The notes under the pieces were generated by a model. The model worked only from the letters and a program-made list of their open reading frames with translations, was not told the DNA's origin and made no database searches. A DNA stretch of 64,000 bases from Antedon mediterranea (lineage: Eukaryota > Animalia > Echinodermata): assembly GCF_964355755.1 (NCBI RefSeq), contig NC_092671.1:17794001-17858000 (forward strand), read 5' to 3'. The translations under genes were made by a program, and so were the position numbers. Each line of letters starts with the position of its first letter. Position 1 is the first letter of the stretch. This document shows, piece after piece, positions 1 to 14,547 of the stretch.

Positions 1-110
1 TAATGTCTCATCCGAAAGATGGTGTGCTATCTACATGCATGTACTGGGTTCTTTAACATGCAAGCAACTGCTTAACCGTTTCATCCGAAAAAACCGGTGC
101 ACCAGTTAGA
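1..110 (-). mobile_element. SINE fragment carrying the TTCGGATGAGAC conserved-domain motif
   Basis: The reverse complement contains tttcggatgagacatta, a motif typical of conserved-domain SINEs. Similar motifs occur near 28485-28510 and 28855-28880. Confidence 0.35.
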
Positions 111-298
111 ACTCCAGTTTCTATAGCAGATATACAGTATGTCGCTCTCCTATGTTTGATGCGACTACTGTACATTAAGGAATTTACAGTTTTTAGTAGT
201 GTACCTCTTGGTGGTATACAGGGTATATTAAGTTTTTGACATCACTACATCACTGAAACATTTCTAATTTAAATAAAGCAAAATATTTATTATCTTAC

Positions 299-3200
299 CC
301 TTGAAGTATCAAAATGGTTTGGCACGACAGCTTTTATTATAATACTATTTTCATTCATTTTTGTTGGAATCATATCTGTTGAATGAAAAGAAGTAGGTAA
401 CATTAACATGATTTTGATGTGGGACCTAGATCATGTGACATCACTGAATGTTATCTGACAGTTCTTATTTTCTATTTGATGAACATGTATTGTTACAAAC
501 GAAGAGAACAGTCTTTTAACAATCAACAGATTGTCCCAAAGATTTTAATTACAAAGAACTAAAAAGTTGGGTTGTTAAAATGTTTTTGAAAACTTTGGTA
601 GAATGTGTATCTTGAATTGAATTAGGAAGATTATTCCAGTTTTGGATCTGCAACTGCAAATGCTCAATAGGTCTAATAATATAAGTACAATTTTAGTAGT
701 AATAGTAGTGTAGCGCATATACAGAAAATCATCTCTTATGCAATTAAAAAAAAAACCCATGTACAAAAAAAAATGGTGGGAAAAGATGAGATTTCAGCAG
801 TTGAGACTACGAGAGATAGAGATTTACACTTAGTCATCTACAGTAGAGATTTTACATCAAGAAGAAATTATTTGGAAATCCTAGGAAATGTTGGTTTTTT
901 TTGGAGCTCAGCAAATACTCTATAAACCTGAAAATTCCAGAAAATGGGAATTCTAGATAATCGTACGATAAATACTTACCGGTCTTGCCAAGTGCCTTCC
1001 TTATGGACATCTGTAAATGTCTCATCTCCTCATCTTGTTCTTCGTAGTTGATCTCCCTAGACTCTGGTGGAGCAACGCTAAAGATGGATGGATCGGTACC
1101 AAGGTAGCTACACATAAGATGCCCATCTTCATCTAAACTTACGACAGCTCCCTTAAGTTCTCTGAGACAGTAAAACAAAAATTATAAAAGACTACAGGGA
1201 GTTTTATTTAGTGTAAAATATAAAGTGAAAGTGTGGTTGATATGCTTGCTTAACAAACCCAGGGTCTTTGGTTCGAACGTTTCAACAAGGTAAGCCAGGT
1301 GGTTTAATTCATAATGTTCAAAACACCTGGTTAAAACTTGGTTACTTTAAGTGGTTACAATTTGTTACTTTTTATTAATAGTAGTAAAGGTTATGAGAAA
1401 GCACTAAAGGACCACATTAGTAATACCTGAATGTCGCTGTTTGAATACAGATAGGAATGTAGTCCAGTTTTGCAGTCCACTTCAACTGTATGTCTTGGTA
1501 TATCATCAACTGACTTGTGTATGTTCCTATTATAGTATTTATGCTACCTTCACCAACTATGTAAAACAAACAAGTTGGTGATTACTTTATAATTACCATT
1601 ATAACATGGGTTCAAGGATGTAGCCAATCCGACACACTGAAATCAGTCACATGTGCGCTCTATATTTTTTCACTATCATGCAATGGAGTGCAAAAAGTGT
1701 GCAACACAAAAGCATAACAGCACTCTGTGTGTAAATCAAATTGCACGATTTACGAGTAGGAACTAGTCTGCCCGATTTAAAAAACAAATAAACACACACC
1801 ACACATATATCTTGTCAATTCTGGTACACGACTGTTTTTCTAGGCTAGCTAGGCTAGGCGGTGATTTGGTCGCCGAGCAGAGTGGTGCTTGCCGTGGTAG
1901 ACCTAGCTTCTAGGCTAGGCCTAGATGTATTCACCCAAAAAGGCAAGTGAAAATAGCTCATAGACCCATATTATAAACAAATAAGTCTAAATTTGTATGT
2001 TAGTGGAGATTCGACGCACTCTCTGGTATTCACAATAGATATGTAAATGTATGTGGATTTTTGGCAGTCAGAGATTAACGCCACATTATTATAATTGATC
2101 AGTTAGGGCACTAATGGTATTATAAAAAAAAGTAGTGAGTAGTAAACACTTACTTGATGTATATGGGCAGAAACAGCTGGGGTTATACTCCAACTTCTTC
2201 ATAAATTTCAAATTACCATTTTCCTTTAAACATACAAAAGAATGTTCACCTACACAAAAAAAACCCATTAGATTAGATCATTAAAAAATGGTTGTTAATA
2301 GAACCCACATGATTAGAAAGTATGAGTTAGTTATTATATTATAATTAGTAGGTTATCACGATGAAAAAAACAAAGAATTTGTAAAAAATAGTTTACATAA
2401 CTTACCTAATATCAGAATAGATGTTGCTACATGAGTAAAAATGTATAAATCAAGAACCTGCTCTCCAACATTGAATGACCAATCAACCTGATAAATTAAC
2501 AAGAATGGAAACATGATGATAACATCATATAGTACATTTAAAGTGGGCAGTATAAACCAAGGTGGTGATATAGTGGAAATAGTGCCATATTTACCAATCA
2601 CACTTAATTCAATAAATAAAAAGGATTTCCCCCTTTTCCCCTTATTATAGGAGAACTTTTAAAATTAATGTGTGATTGGTGAATGCAGTTACTGGCTTGT
2701 TTATCTGATGGTATTTTGAGGTTTTTAAAACTGTTTGTATTTTGTCCTAATAGGTAAATGCAATACCATGGATTGTACAGTGTAATTCACAGGATATTAA
2801 GTGTGATTGTTGAATACAGTTTCTTGCCTACAACCTTTTGTTTAAATCTGATCATTTTCTTAAAACTGTTTGTATTTTGTCCTAATAGGTAAATGCAATA
2901 CCATAGATGTTTAATTCACAGCTAAACCTACATTTATCTTTTTTCCTGTTGAAATCTTCTGAGATTCTGTTTTGTGCCCCGATTCAGTAGCGACTGCCAG
3001 CACTTGGTATCGGTAGCTTTCTACGTGCCAACTCGATGATATAGTTACAAACGAATCTGTTCTTTGCATATATTTCACTGGACCGGGCAGAAGAAAGCCA
3101 GGAAGAAAACGACTGAATGAGAATGTCTCCTGTTCAAAGAAAGATACTGTACCGTCCATAGACTGCACACAGAGAAATTCCTTTCCTGAAATGAAGAAAA

Positions 3201-5317
3201 TATTGTAAAATTATATTGTACAGTAGAAACACTCTTCTGGATGGCCCTTATTCGGAGGACAACATTATTAAATGGACACTTTACCATGAAAAGAATATGG
3301 GAAAAACCCTATACAGGAACACCTCTGTTAAGAGGACACATTATTGGGTTCCAAACGCATCCCCTTAAAGATGCATTGTCCCCAAAAAATGAAAGATTAA
3401 TAACTTTGTAGTTTTAATAAAGTTAATCACTTCCCTAGAAAAAAATAACGACAAAAATTAATGTTTTCACTTATAAAATGACAAAATAAATGGTTAAATT
3501 CAACCAAAAACCCATTTTGCTTTAAATCACAGTTTTTTAGGTAAATGCATTTTTTTACTCCAATTTTTGGTCAAAGTGGATAACTATTAGGTGACATTTT
3601 TTAATAATTATTTTTTCAGGTGAACAATGCATCTTTAATAGAGGTTTTACAGTATCTTATGTTAATGAGTCTATGATTACTGTGACCACTTTATGTTGGA
3701 ATTAAGAACAATGATTGATGTGGAATTCTGAAGGTAATAGCATACCTGGATACAAGTAGGATCTTACAAAATGAACTTACCTTTCACACCACCAAAGTTT
3801 CCTTTAGTCATGTTGTATGATGTCCTTTGTAAGTTGTGTTCATACATCAGATTTAACTGGTAATGGCTGCCATGCTCAACAGCACCTTGTGAACCTATAT
3901 GAAAAACATCAATGGCATATTTGAAAGGATTGCTGGTAAAGGACTATGTGTAAAGGCTGGTACAAAATGCGAAGCAAACAGCAATATACAAAGTGAAATT
4001 TGTGGAGGCACTATTTATCTTTTAGGTGAAAGCCATATATTTGTTACTGAAAATACCTTTAACACCAAAGATCATCTTACAATATGGATTTCATTTCATT
4101 TGTTCAGTAAATTTTACAAAAAAAAATCATGTTCATTTTGGACATGCAGAACTGATTTAGCTAAATATTAATATAATGTAAAGCATAAATGTGTTATTTC
4201 TAAGCTTATGTACATTCAGGTTATGTATATATTCTTTTCTTATATTTATCAATCCAAAGGCAAATTACTGAAAAATGACAATGCTGTGGGTATCAGTGGC
4301 TGGATCTCAATGAAGATACAAAAAAAAAAAAAAAGCGAAAAGCTAAATCAAAACGATAAAGTAAAACAGCCAGAAAAGTTAGCAGAGTTTTGGGCAACAC
4401 TAGCCCTTCATCAGTGCAAGTGAAGGAATTTGGATAACGTCACATCTTTTCTTATATTTTATAGATGTTACCTGATAAGCTGTATACTGCCAGTTTTCTT
4501 GGGTGCAAAACTGCTACATGAATTCCATCAGATGCCCTGTAAAATATTTAAATTATTATTTGATTTCGCCATCCATTACAGTAGTATTAATTTAATATTT
4601 TATTAATTTAGTGTATACTCACGAGACAAATAATCCTGACTCTAGGCCTAGTATTGGCTGGGGTAACTGCATCTCCAGAAGAACATCTTGACCTTTCCCA
4701 TCTTCAGCATTATGAGGTTTAGGGTCAAATATCCGTATTATACCATTCAAACTACCAACGATTAATTTATCTGCAATGTCAATCCAAAAACATTATTAAA
4801 GTACACAAAAATCGTTCCTTAATTAAACAAATATTCAATTCTAGAACTCAAGCACCTTTTCATTTTCATATTAGGGAGATTTCGATTTGCAATGATGACC
4901 AACCTAGGCCAGGTCTATCGTCCTTGCCTGGACCTAGAAACCTGTTTTTGAGATAAGAAGTGAAGACACACGTCTCAATATTTCCACATGCGCATACTGG
5001 ACTAACATGTAGTTTGGTTGTTAGTTGTGCAAATCGAAAATGCTTTTATTATACGTTTTGCTTTTACATTATTAAAATGCTGTCTGGAGGATCTAATATT
5101 GTTATTATTTAGTGATTAGGTTAACTGTGGTTGGTCCTGGTCTCCCAAATATTTTTGGACTGGAATATTGGACAAAATTAATAAAAACGAAAAGAGAAAC
5201 ACTACCATTATTAGGATGTTTGTTATCTACACAAGAAACACAAAGCGATCCTTGATCAAACACCTCGTCTGAGCCTATTTTAGTAGACCACCAATCACGT
5301 GCCTTGAACAGAGACAT
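299..5317 (-). CDS. BBS9: BBSome subunit BBS9/PTHB1, 5' part (gene continues beyond the left edge)
   Basis: N-terminus MSLFKARDWWS...FDQGSLC and segments DKLIVGSLNG, QSMDGTVSFFEQE, GHLMCSYLGTDPS match BBS9. Phase-consistent GT-AG exons: 5317-5206, 4770-4623, 4536-4472, 3894-3781, 3185-2932, 2487-2406, 2249-2154, 1556-1427, 1161-980, 375-299. Probable non-coding first exon with donor near 5842. Confidence 0.96.
3369..3634. mobile_element. Kolobok-like non-autonomous DNA transposon (family A)
   Basis: TTAA on both sides (3365-3368 and 3635-3638); termini AGATGCATTGT...ACAATGCATCT; homologous copy at 36145-36456. Confidence 0.8.
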
Positions 5318-5842
5318 AGTAAATACCTAAAAAGAAAAGAAACACCATCAAATATTATCATATTATATACAACTAACTTAAACAACAAGCCCATGTCTAG
5401 CCTACATTACATAACAAATTAAAATTATCATTATTTATTAGTAATATGAATATGTACTAGGCTTAGCTAATACTATTATTGGCCTAGTAGCCTAGTCTAG
5501 GCTAGGTAGGTCTTAAACTATAGGCCTAGATATCATTGGTAGGCCTAGGCCTACCATATACGACTACTAAATCCCCAGGGAGGAGGTCTAGGCGGGTATC
5601 AAACGATCGCGGACGATGATCGGTGCTTCCTTCCAATCCAATCCTAATCACATGGAACCTCTAGACTAGGCCTAGCTACCTACCTAGGCCTAGTCCTAGC
5701 TAGGCGCCTACTAGTCTAGAGGACTAACTAGGCCTAGAGAGGCCTAGGTAGGCAGCCTAGCTTACTACACGGGCAATGGTACTACATACAAAGACAAAAT
5801 GATCTAACGGCCTATATACATTCTAGTTAAATTCAAGATTAC

Positions 5843-6280
5843 CTATAACTATTTGAAATTCATTGAATAATGCTTTAACTATACTACAACAACATTTTAA
5901 CTGTTGTTGATACGAAAACAGCGTCCTTCGATACGATAACCCGAGCTTCTATGGTACGCCTGAACGGACATAATAGTTTTAACTATTATGACCCGTTTAA
6001 AAACAAACATCATTAAAACGAAAGATTGGACTTAAATTATTATGACAACTGAGTTCGAATTTTTAAAAGATATACCTAATAATTATTATATAACAATATT
6101 TAAATTCGTGAAACAAATAAATGTATTTTTAGAAATCTCACTCCGATGAAATTGATTTTGTGCTTGCCGCCCTCTACAGAAAAATGTTGACAAGCCGAGC
6201 GTCGTAGAGGGCTAATTATAGTTTTGTTTTGAAGTTACTATTTACCACCAAATCCTTTATTTTTAAGATTCTTGAGGTGA
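5843..6280. promoter_or_regulatory. Putative bidirectional promoter and non-coding first exons of BBS9 and METTL21A-like
   Basis: The genes are divergent. Candidate donors face outward (minus tag|gtaatc near 5842, plus gag|gtgaat near 6277), and both are followed by TAGGCCTA-rich tracts. Confidence 0.5.
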
Positions 6281-6994
6281 ATATTAATTATATTTTAACT
6301 GATATTGGCATGTCAAATTTACCCATCTTATAAGCACAATTAATTGAATAACTATCACTGTCTGTTCCTGTAACTAGGCTTAGTTTTGGGCTAGGCCTAG
6401 CCTCGTACCTAAAGCAGTGAGGCTTCGACCTAGTGTAGGGCCGGCCGGCCTAGTTATTATTCGGTCCGGGACGTTTCGGCCCAGGTTGTCTGTCACACTT
6501 TATAGACCCGCAGAAGCAAATGATTGTTAATGGTATTTGGTAACCACCGTGTGTGTATTTTAATTTACTTGTACTTTTAAATTACATGTCAATTTATTAA
6601 TTTTGAAAACGCGGTCAGTATTCCTCCGTAACGTTATCATCCAATAAAAGAATAGAGAGAAAAGAAAAGGTAATCAATTTTTATTTCAAAATGTTATAAT
6701 CGCAATTAAATGTAATAATCAATTGTTGTATATAGTTATTATTTAATATCATAACAATGGGCGAATATACCCAGCTTCCTTCCACATCATTGATTGTATT
6801 TGCACTTAAATAAGCATACTGTAATCGAAATAATATAATATTTCTCACTCAGTTCTAAAAATATTTAAATGAAATAATAAAATCTACGTACGTTTGTATT
6901 GGTGGTGTGCTATACAGCATAAACCCTCATATCAAGTGTAGAATGAATTCAGAAAGAGTCAATACATCTTTCTACGTTTTCTAAATCATCTAAA

Positions 6995-7880
6995 GCTCTG
7001 TGCCCAAATATGGTAGTGGTTACGGTATCATCATGTCCATATATGGGCACATATTTAGTTGTCAATACATCTTTCTACGTGATCGTCCGCATCTACAGCT
7101 CTGTCTACACTATCAAACTAGTTTGACAAAAAAGTGTGATGTGCCCAAATATGGTAGTGATCATGACATCATCATGTCCATATATTGGCACATCACATTC
7201 TTCTCGTTATCGTCTGCATCTTATGTTAGGAACAAAAAGTGTGATGTGCCCAAATATGGTAGTGATTATGACATCATCATGTCCATATATTAGCACATCA
7301 CATTCTTCTTGTTATCGTCTGCATCTTATGTTAGGAACAAAAAGTGTGATGTGCCCAAATATGGTAGTGATCATGACATCATCATGTCCATATATTAGCA
7401 CATCACATTCTTCTTGTTATCGTCTGCATCTTATGTTAGGAACAAAAAGTGTGATGTGCCCAAATATGGTAGTGATCATGACATCATCATGTCCATATAT
7501 TACTAATTAGCACATCACATTCTTCTCGTTATCGTCTGCATCTTATGTTAGGAACAAAAAGTGTGATGTGCCCAAATATGGTAGTGATCATGACATCATC
7601 ATGTCCATATATTAGCACATCACATTCTTCTTGTTATCGTCTGCATCTTATGTTAGGAACAAAAAGTGTGATGTGCCCAAATATGGTAGTGATCATGACA
7701 TCATCATGTCCATATATTACTAATTAGCACATCACATTCTTCTCGTTATCGTCTGCATCTTATGTTAGGAACAAAAAGTGTGATGTGCCCAAATATGGTA
7801 GTGATCATGACATCATCATGTCCATATATTGGCACATCACATTCTTCTCGTTATCGTCTGCATCTTATGTTAGGAACAAG
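6995..7880 (+). repeat. Tandem array of a 105/112-bp MITE-derived hairpin unit (7 full copies plus 1 degenerate)
   Basis: GTGTGATGTGCCCAAATATGG starts at 7134, 7239, 7344, 7449, 7561, 7666 and 7778, giving periods 105, 105, 105, 112, 105, 112. Confidence 0.95.
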
Positions 7881-7912
7881 AGAACTAGAAAATAAGTAGG
7901 GATCATAACATC

Positions 7913-9641
<1,729 letters not shown>

Positions 9642-10084
9642 ATTTCTAGCCGTTACAGGGAAATGATTACGGTACATCATATTATATCATATTTAGATAG
9701 GCGACAGAGATTGTTATACAATTTTAATGAAAAGGAATTTCATATTTTATATAAGCAATCATTAGGCCTATTTAGTGTTCATCGTATTGTTAAATAATGG
9801 TCAATTTTGACTATAACTTTTATGTTTATAAATATACATGCTATTTTTCAAATAAAAGAAACACTAAAAAAATGTTATTCAAAAGAATTATATTTTTAAA
9901 ATTGTTTGTACATTCGAATATAGCGACCCGAAATAAAATGCCATGAATTAAACAGGATTAAAACATAACATTTCCTTAGTATTTTAGCTAGTTCTGTTGC
10001 TTATAGAAGGCAATTTAACAACACGATCAGTGCCGCGCCCCTTAACACTTAACACATGATGATCGAGAATGGTTCGAAAGAGCC

Positions 10085-10500
10085 CAAAAGAAATCAACAT
10101 TGAACAATTATTTAATGTATAAAGATAAACCATCATTCAAAAAATATTTGGACGACAAAATTGACTTTAAAGGAGTAAATTTAAAATTTAAAGCTAGGTC
10201 TAACTGTTTGGATCTTGAAGGAAGAAAAATTGGTTGGCACGAGAATTCTAATGGTAGTTGTAAATTATGTATCAATGGGTCAATTGAAAATATTAAACAT
10301 TTCCTTTTAGAATGTTCTGATTTAAATAATATTAGGTATAAGGTGTTTAAAATTAAAACTTCTTTATATGAAAACAATCTACAAGAGTACTGGGACATAT
10401 TTACAAATTGTTCCGCTGACCTAAAACTTCACTATTTACTTGATTTATTTTCTGAGAATGCCACTTGGTTTTGTAGTTCAACTACTATACTTTTTTTCAG
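10085..10500 (+). mobile_element. 5'-truncated non-LTR retrotransposon (LINE) ORF2 C-terminal remnant
   Basis: The ORF contains CKLC-x5-E-x3-HFLLEC-x5-IR, the CCHC motif at the end of LINE reverse transcriptases. No RT core is present. Confidence 0.65.
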
Positions 10501-10855
10501 GGTTATTTAAAATTTCAGTTCGTTTTGTCAAACGATTCGTCATGTTATTTTGCTTTTTCTTTTTAATTTTGCTTTGGAGGGACCGTTAGGTATTTTCTAA
10601 CGTGTGCCACTGTTACTCAAGTGATTCCATTAAATTGTATTGTATTGTACAGTACTGTTGGTATTTGTCGCAGCCAGACACAAGATCAAAGGACTGTTAC
10701 GAGTTCCTATCTTGGCAAGGCGAGCTCAGTGTCCTGTTAGATTGCCTTGCTTATACCCTATTCATATGTGTTAAAAAATTCAACATTTTATGTTTATTTT
10801 GTAGGTAGAAAGCTGTAACAAAAGAAACAATATTTTCGACCTCTAGTGCAAAATA

Positions 10856-13029
10856 ATGGCGTACCCGTTTTTAGACAATAAAAAGACAGTTACATACTTA
10901 AAACGATCTAAAGTTATGATTTTTCTGAGCGGTTTTGATTGAGACAACAAAGCGAGCTCACTTTCGGCTAAACTAAGTGAAACCTATCCCGATTCGTCCG
11001 CTGTGTTTCAGTTTCCAAACTTAGTAATGAAATCTGTCGAGGATGCTGTTAAAGATGGAGTCCGTATGATTATTATCGACAATGCCTCTGAGTTGATTGA
11101 TGATATGCAAGAGTTGTATACATTTGCTCTTAATAATCACTACATTGAAATGGCTATAAAGAGTGGAATTGGAGAATCGATGTATGTGCCGATTAGTCCC
11201 ACATTTTTTGGTTGGTTTCTGAACGAAGCAGACTCGAAGGAACTGAGACAATATGGAAAGAAGGTGCTCAAAGGCAGCTTTCATGTTAAAGATTTTGCTG
11301 ATGATTTTCGAAAACATTGCGAAGAACCTTCCATTAAAGGTGAGGGGAAAATGACATCATCACCCCATCCCCTTCGCCGTACTTCTGAAAGATACGAGCA
11401 TGTTATTCCATTTCCCATACAGTATATAAAAAACTACCTCTATTTACTACGGGCCTGAACATATTATATTTTACTGACTGCGAAATTCCCTGAATAATAA
11501 ATGGGAAAATTGTCAAACCTGAAACTTCTACAGTATTTATTAAAGTCATTACTGTATTATATTATTATTTATTAAATATCCTTAGTAGTAAGAAACATTA
11601 GTTAATTAATACGCCTACATTATTGGTATCTGTTTTATAAATATACAGTCAATGACATGAAAATGACTGAATATTTCACGAAGAACTTGTTATATTCTGT
11701 AATATGAAATAGATATTGAATTATTGAACTCTCAAAGTACCCTAATATGTCGATACGGAGTTTCAATGCCTTTTCTAATACTGGCTTAAATACCCTTTTT
11801 TTTCCATTCATCATATTATTGGTTTTATTTCTGTATGAATTGTTATATTTTTATCTTTTCTTTTTAATATAGACTTAACAAGTTATTTTACCGCTGATTA
11901 CATTGATGTTGGCGATACAATGCTTCACTGTACATCGATGTATCACGCTCAAGACGGATTTAAAGAATATACCAAACGTGTCGCAGGACATATTGGACAA
12001 GTGTTTAGCATTAAAGTTCTTGGTTTTCTGATAACCCCTCGAACATTTGGCGCTCGGCTTAAACTTGACAATGGCGCTCTTACTTTATGGGACAGTACTG
12101 ACCATCCCGATACAAAGCAATGGGAACCTTCGTTTTTTTCTCCCACTAATGGTCGTGGTAGCAGGGCACACTTATCGTTGTTAACAGCACCAGGGGTTAA
12201 AGCGGTTCAAACTGGCGTAGACTTGACAGAACTGGTTAAAGACCCCTTCCCTGCAATTTTGGACGTTTTTGGGAAAATAATACATATATATCACTTTAAA
12301 AACATTAAACCATGTCATTCCTTGTCTTAAATGTACGTTTTATGGTAAATTATGATAAAAAGTGAGAAACAATGCACTACCTAAGTAGCTCGCGGCGATC
12401 GACCTCTCGTGGACGGTCTTAGGCCTAGCCTAGCTAGGCTTAGTTTTGTAGGCCTAGCTGGTAAACATCGATAACGTACGAACATCGTACGCTAGCTATA
12501 TACCTAGCCTGACGTTGTATAGTTGCTGCATTAATTGTCTTTCTATTTTTGCCAGACTCCGTTGATACAAATTGGGGAAAACCCGGTATTTTCGCTGAAA
12601 AGTTAGGAGTCTTCCATTTGTTTTGGCTTCACGATCGATCGAAAAGTGGGCGAATTACAGGTGAAAAACAAAAATATCAATCCGCGCGCAATGCATTTTG
12701 GGATTTATAGCGGGCCGCTATAATTATTAGAATCGATTTATTTTTCACATTTTTAACCGTTTAAAGACGAAAAAAGTTATCGCAATAGGACCATATAGTA
12801 TTATTTTTACATTAAATATAGTTTGTGATCTTAAATTAGATCTGAAAAACGTAGGGAATGGGGCTTTAAGTTAGAAGTTGAAACACAGCATGATGAAAAC
12901 ATTCCAACTAAACCGATTTTGAATAACACTGGTGTACTTCGTTGTTATGGCAAAGGCCGTGCTATATTGTATCTTAAAGAACCGGTTATATTATCATTTT
13001 TGATGTCTGGTTGTAATCTGAAATGCTAA
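10856..13029 (+). pseudogene. CNP: 2',3'-cyclic-nucleotide 3'-phosphodiesterase (CNPase)-like gene, apparently disrupted
   Basis: Exon 10856-11339 (YPFLD...TFFGWFL) and exon 11873-13029 with both 2H motifs (LHCT, RGSRAHLS), TPRTFGAR and AVQTGVDL. In-frame TGA at 10940-10942. A transposon occupies 12240-12865; removing it plus one TSD restores the frame to ...YGKGRAILYL...MSGCNLKC*. Confidence 0.8.
12240..12865. mobile_element. Kolobok-like non-autonomous DNA transposon (family B) inside the CNP coding exon
   Basis: TTAA TSD at 12236-12239 and 12866-12869; imperfect TIRs AGACCCCTTCCCTGC / GTAGGGAATGGGGCT; reverse-complement partial copy at about 54592-54945. Confidence 0.85.
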
Positions 13030-14547
13030 GGCTAGACCTAGAAACTGTTCACTGTTAAATGCACATTTAGTATGCACTAATTAAACAAAAAATGAAAGCA
13101 CTCAGAAACTGAGTGAACTACTTGGCAAAATATTGCCACAGAGGGCGCATGTTAATATTTCTGCCCAGGTTAAAAGAATACAGATTTTAATTTTTTTGTG
13201 AAGTTAGTAATAAAGCAATTTTCTTGAATTTCAATAGGCATTTTCTGTAAATACCTATTCTATTTTGCCAAATAAAAGATTGTTGATTTTACCTGTGAAT
13301 TTTCCGCTGACTAAATCAGTTTAGATAATATATCTCCAGTCTAGAACGAACGATCCACCAATCAAATTGATGTAGCCTAGTAGGCCTACATAGGTCTACT
13401 CAAGAAATTGAATACACGACTTTACACGTGTTTACCTTGATCCAGATAAAACACTGGATTTATCCCTACATCCGCTTTTTTGTATATCCTAGAAAATAGT
13501 CAACGCATAATTAAAGAAAATAGGAGTAGGCCTACAAAAAAAAACCAACTAAAAAGCTATCAATATTTAGAAGATTGTAGACATTTAACAAAACTCATGG
13601 TTATTGAACAAAACACGATTATGACAAACTATGTTTTTATTCATTTATTTACCGATGGGCGATACATTATATAAATAATTTAATATATAATAATAATGAT
13701 AAATTATCATAAATACAAGAATTTTAACAATAGAGGTAAACATTTAAAGATGAATTATCTACAATTTTCTCTCTCTCGATCACCACTAATGCTAAATGCC
13801 GAGTTTTGAGTTATCCGATTACTCTGATCAGGTTAATGGCCCAACATTCTAAAACTCGTCCCTCGGAATAGATTCATTTATCGAGATAACTGCGGTTTCC
13901 AGCTAAATTGGGATCGGGTGACTAGGTCTAGGTCATGTTTCTACCGAATCGACACCGTGTGAAAGGACCTCTATATATTAATTATACATTTCTCTCTCCT
14001 TTTCTCCCTCCCCCACCATAAGCACATCTCTATATCTATCTTGAACATATTGCCAGAATTAAAATCTATAAAATATTGAAGTTATAATAATTGTTTTTAG
14101 AATCATTATTTTACATTTTTAATATGAACTAAGAGTATTTTATATAATCTTTACAAGGTACTGGTAATGTATAAAAGAGGAAATATATTTTAAAGAATTT
14201 TATTTTAACTTTAATTTATATTGTAGTGATGATTTTAATATAATTTAAGGTGAGTATCTTAATTTGGAAATATATTTTAAAATTACACTGTAATGTTGAC
14301 ATAATAGCTTCGAAAGACTCGTTTTTCCTATCCAGGTTTTAGTACGGTAGCTTCTACAAAACATTATAAAACAAGTAATAAATAGCGTCGGTTAGATGCT
14401 TTAGTCGTAGAATCATGTCTTTAAAACATACTTGTCGCTATATACTTTGTCAGTCTGTCTTTCATGTTGATGTTTGTCTAAATAATGTGTCGTATTGTTG
14501 TAGCCGATTTCTGCGTCTGATTGTCAGTTTAATCGCACATGTCTGAG

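Noticed and set aside
7130-7880. CRISPR-like array or a 35-aa repeat protein (ORFs 7136-7510 and 7545-7727)
   Set aside because: Units are near-identical along their whole length with no unique spacers, the context is eukaryotic, and the ORFs arise only because 105 is divisible by 3.
13092-13118. Possible SECIS (ATGA plus the CACTCAG-AAA-CTGAGTG hairpin) downstream of CNP
   Set aside because: The stem and spacing are too short for a canonical eukaryotic SECIS.
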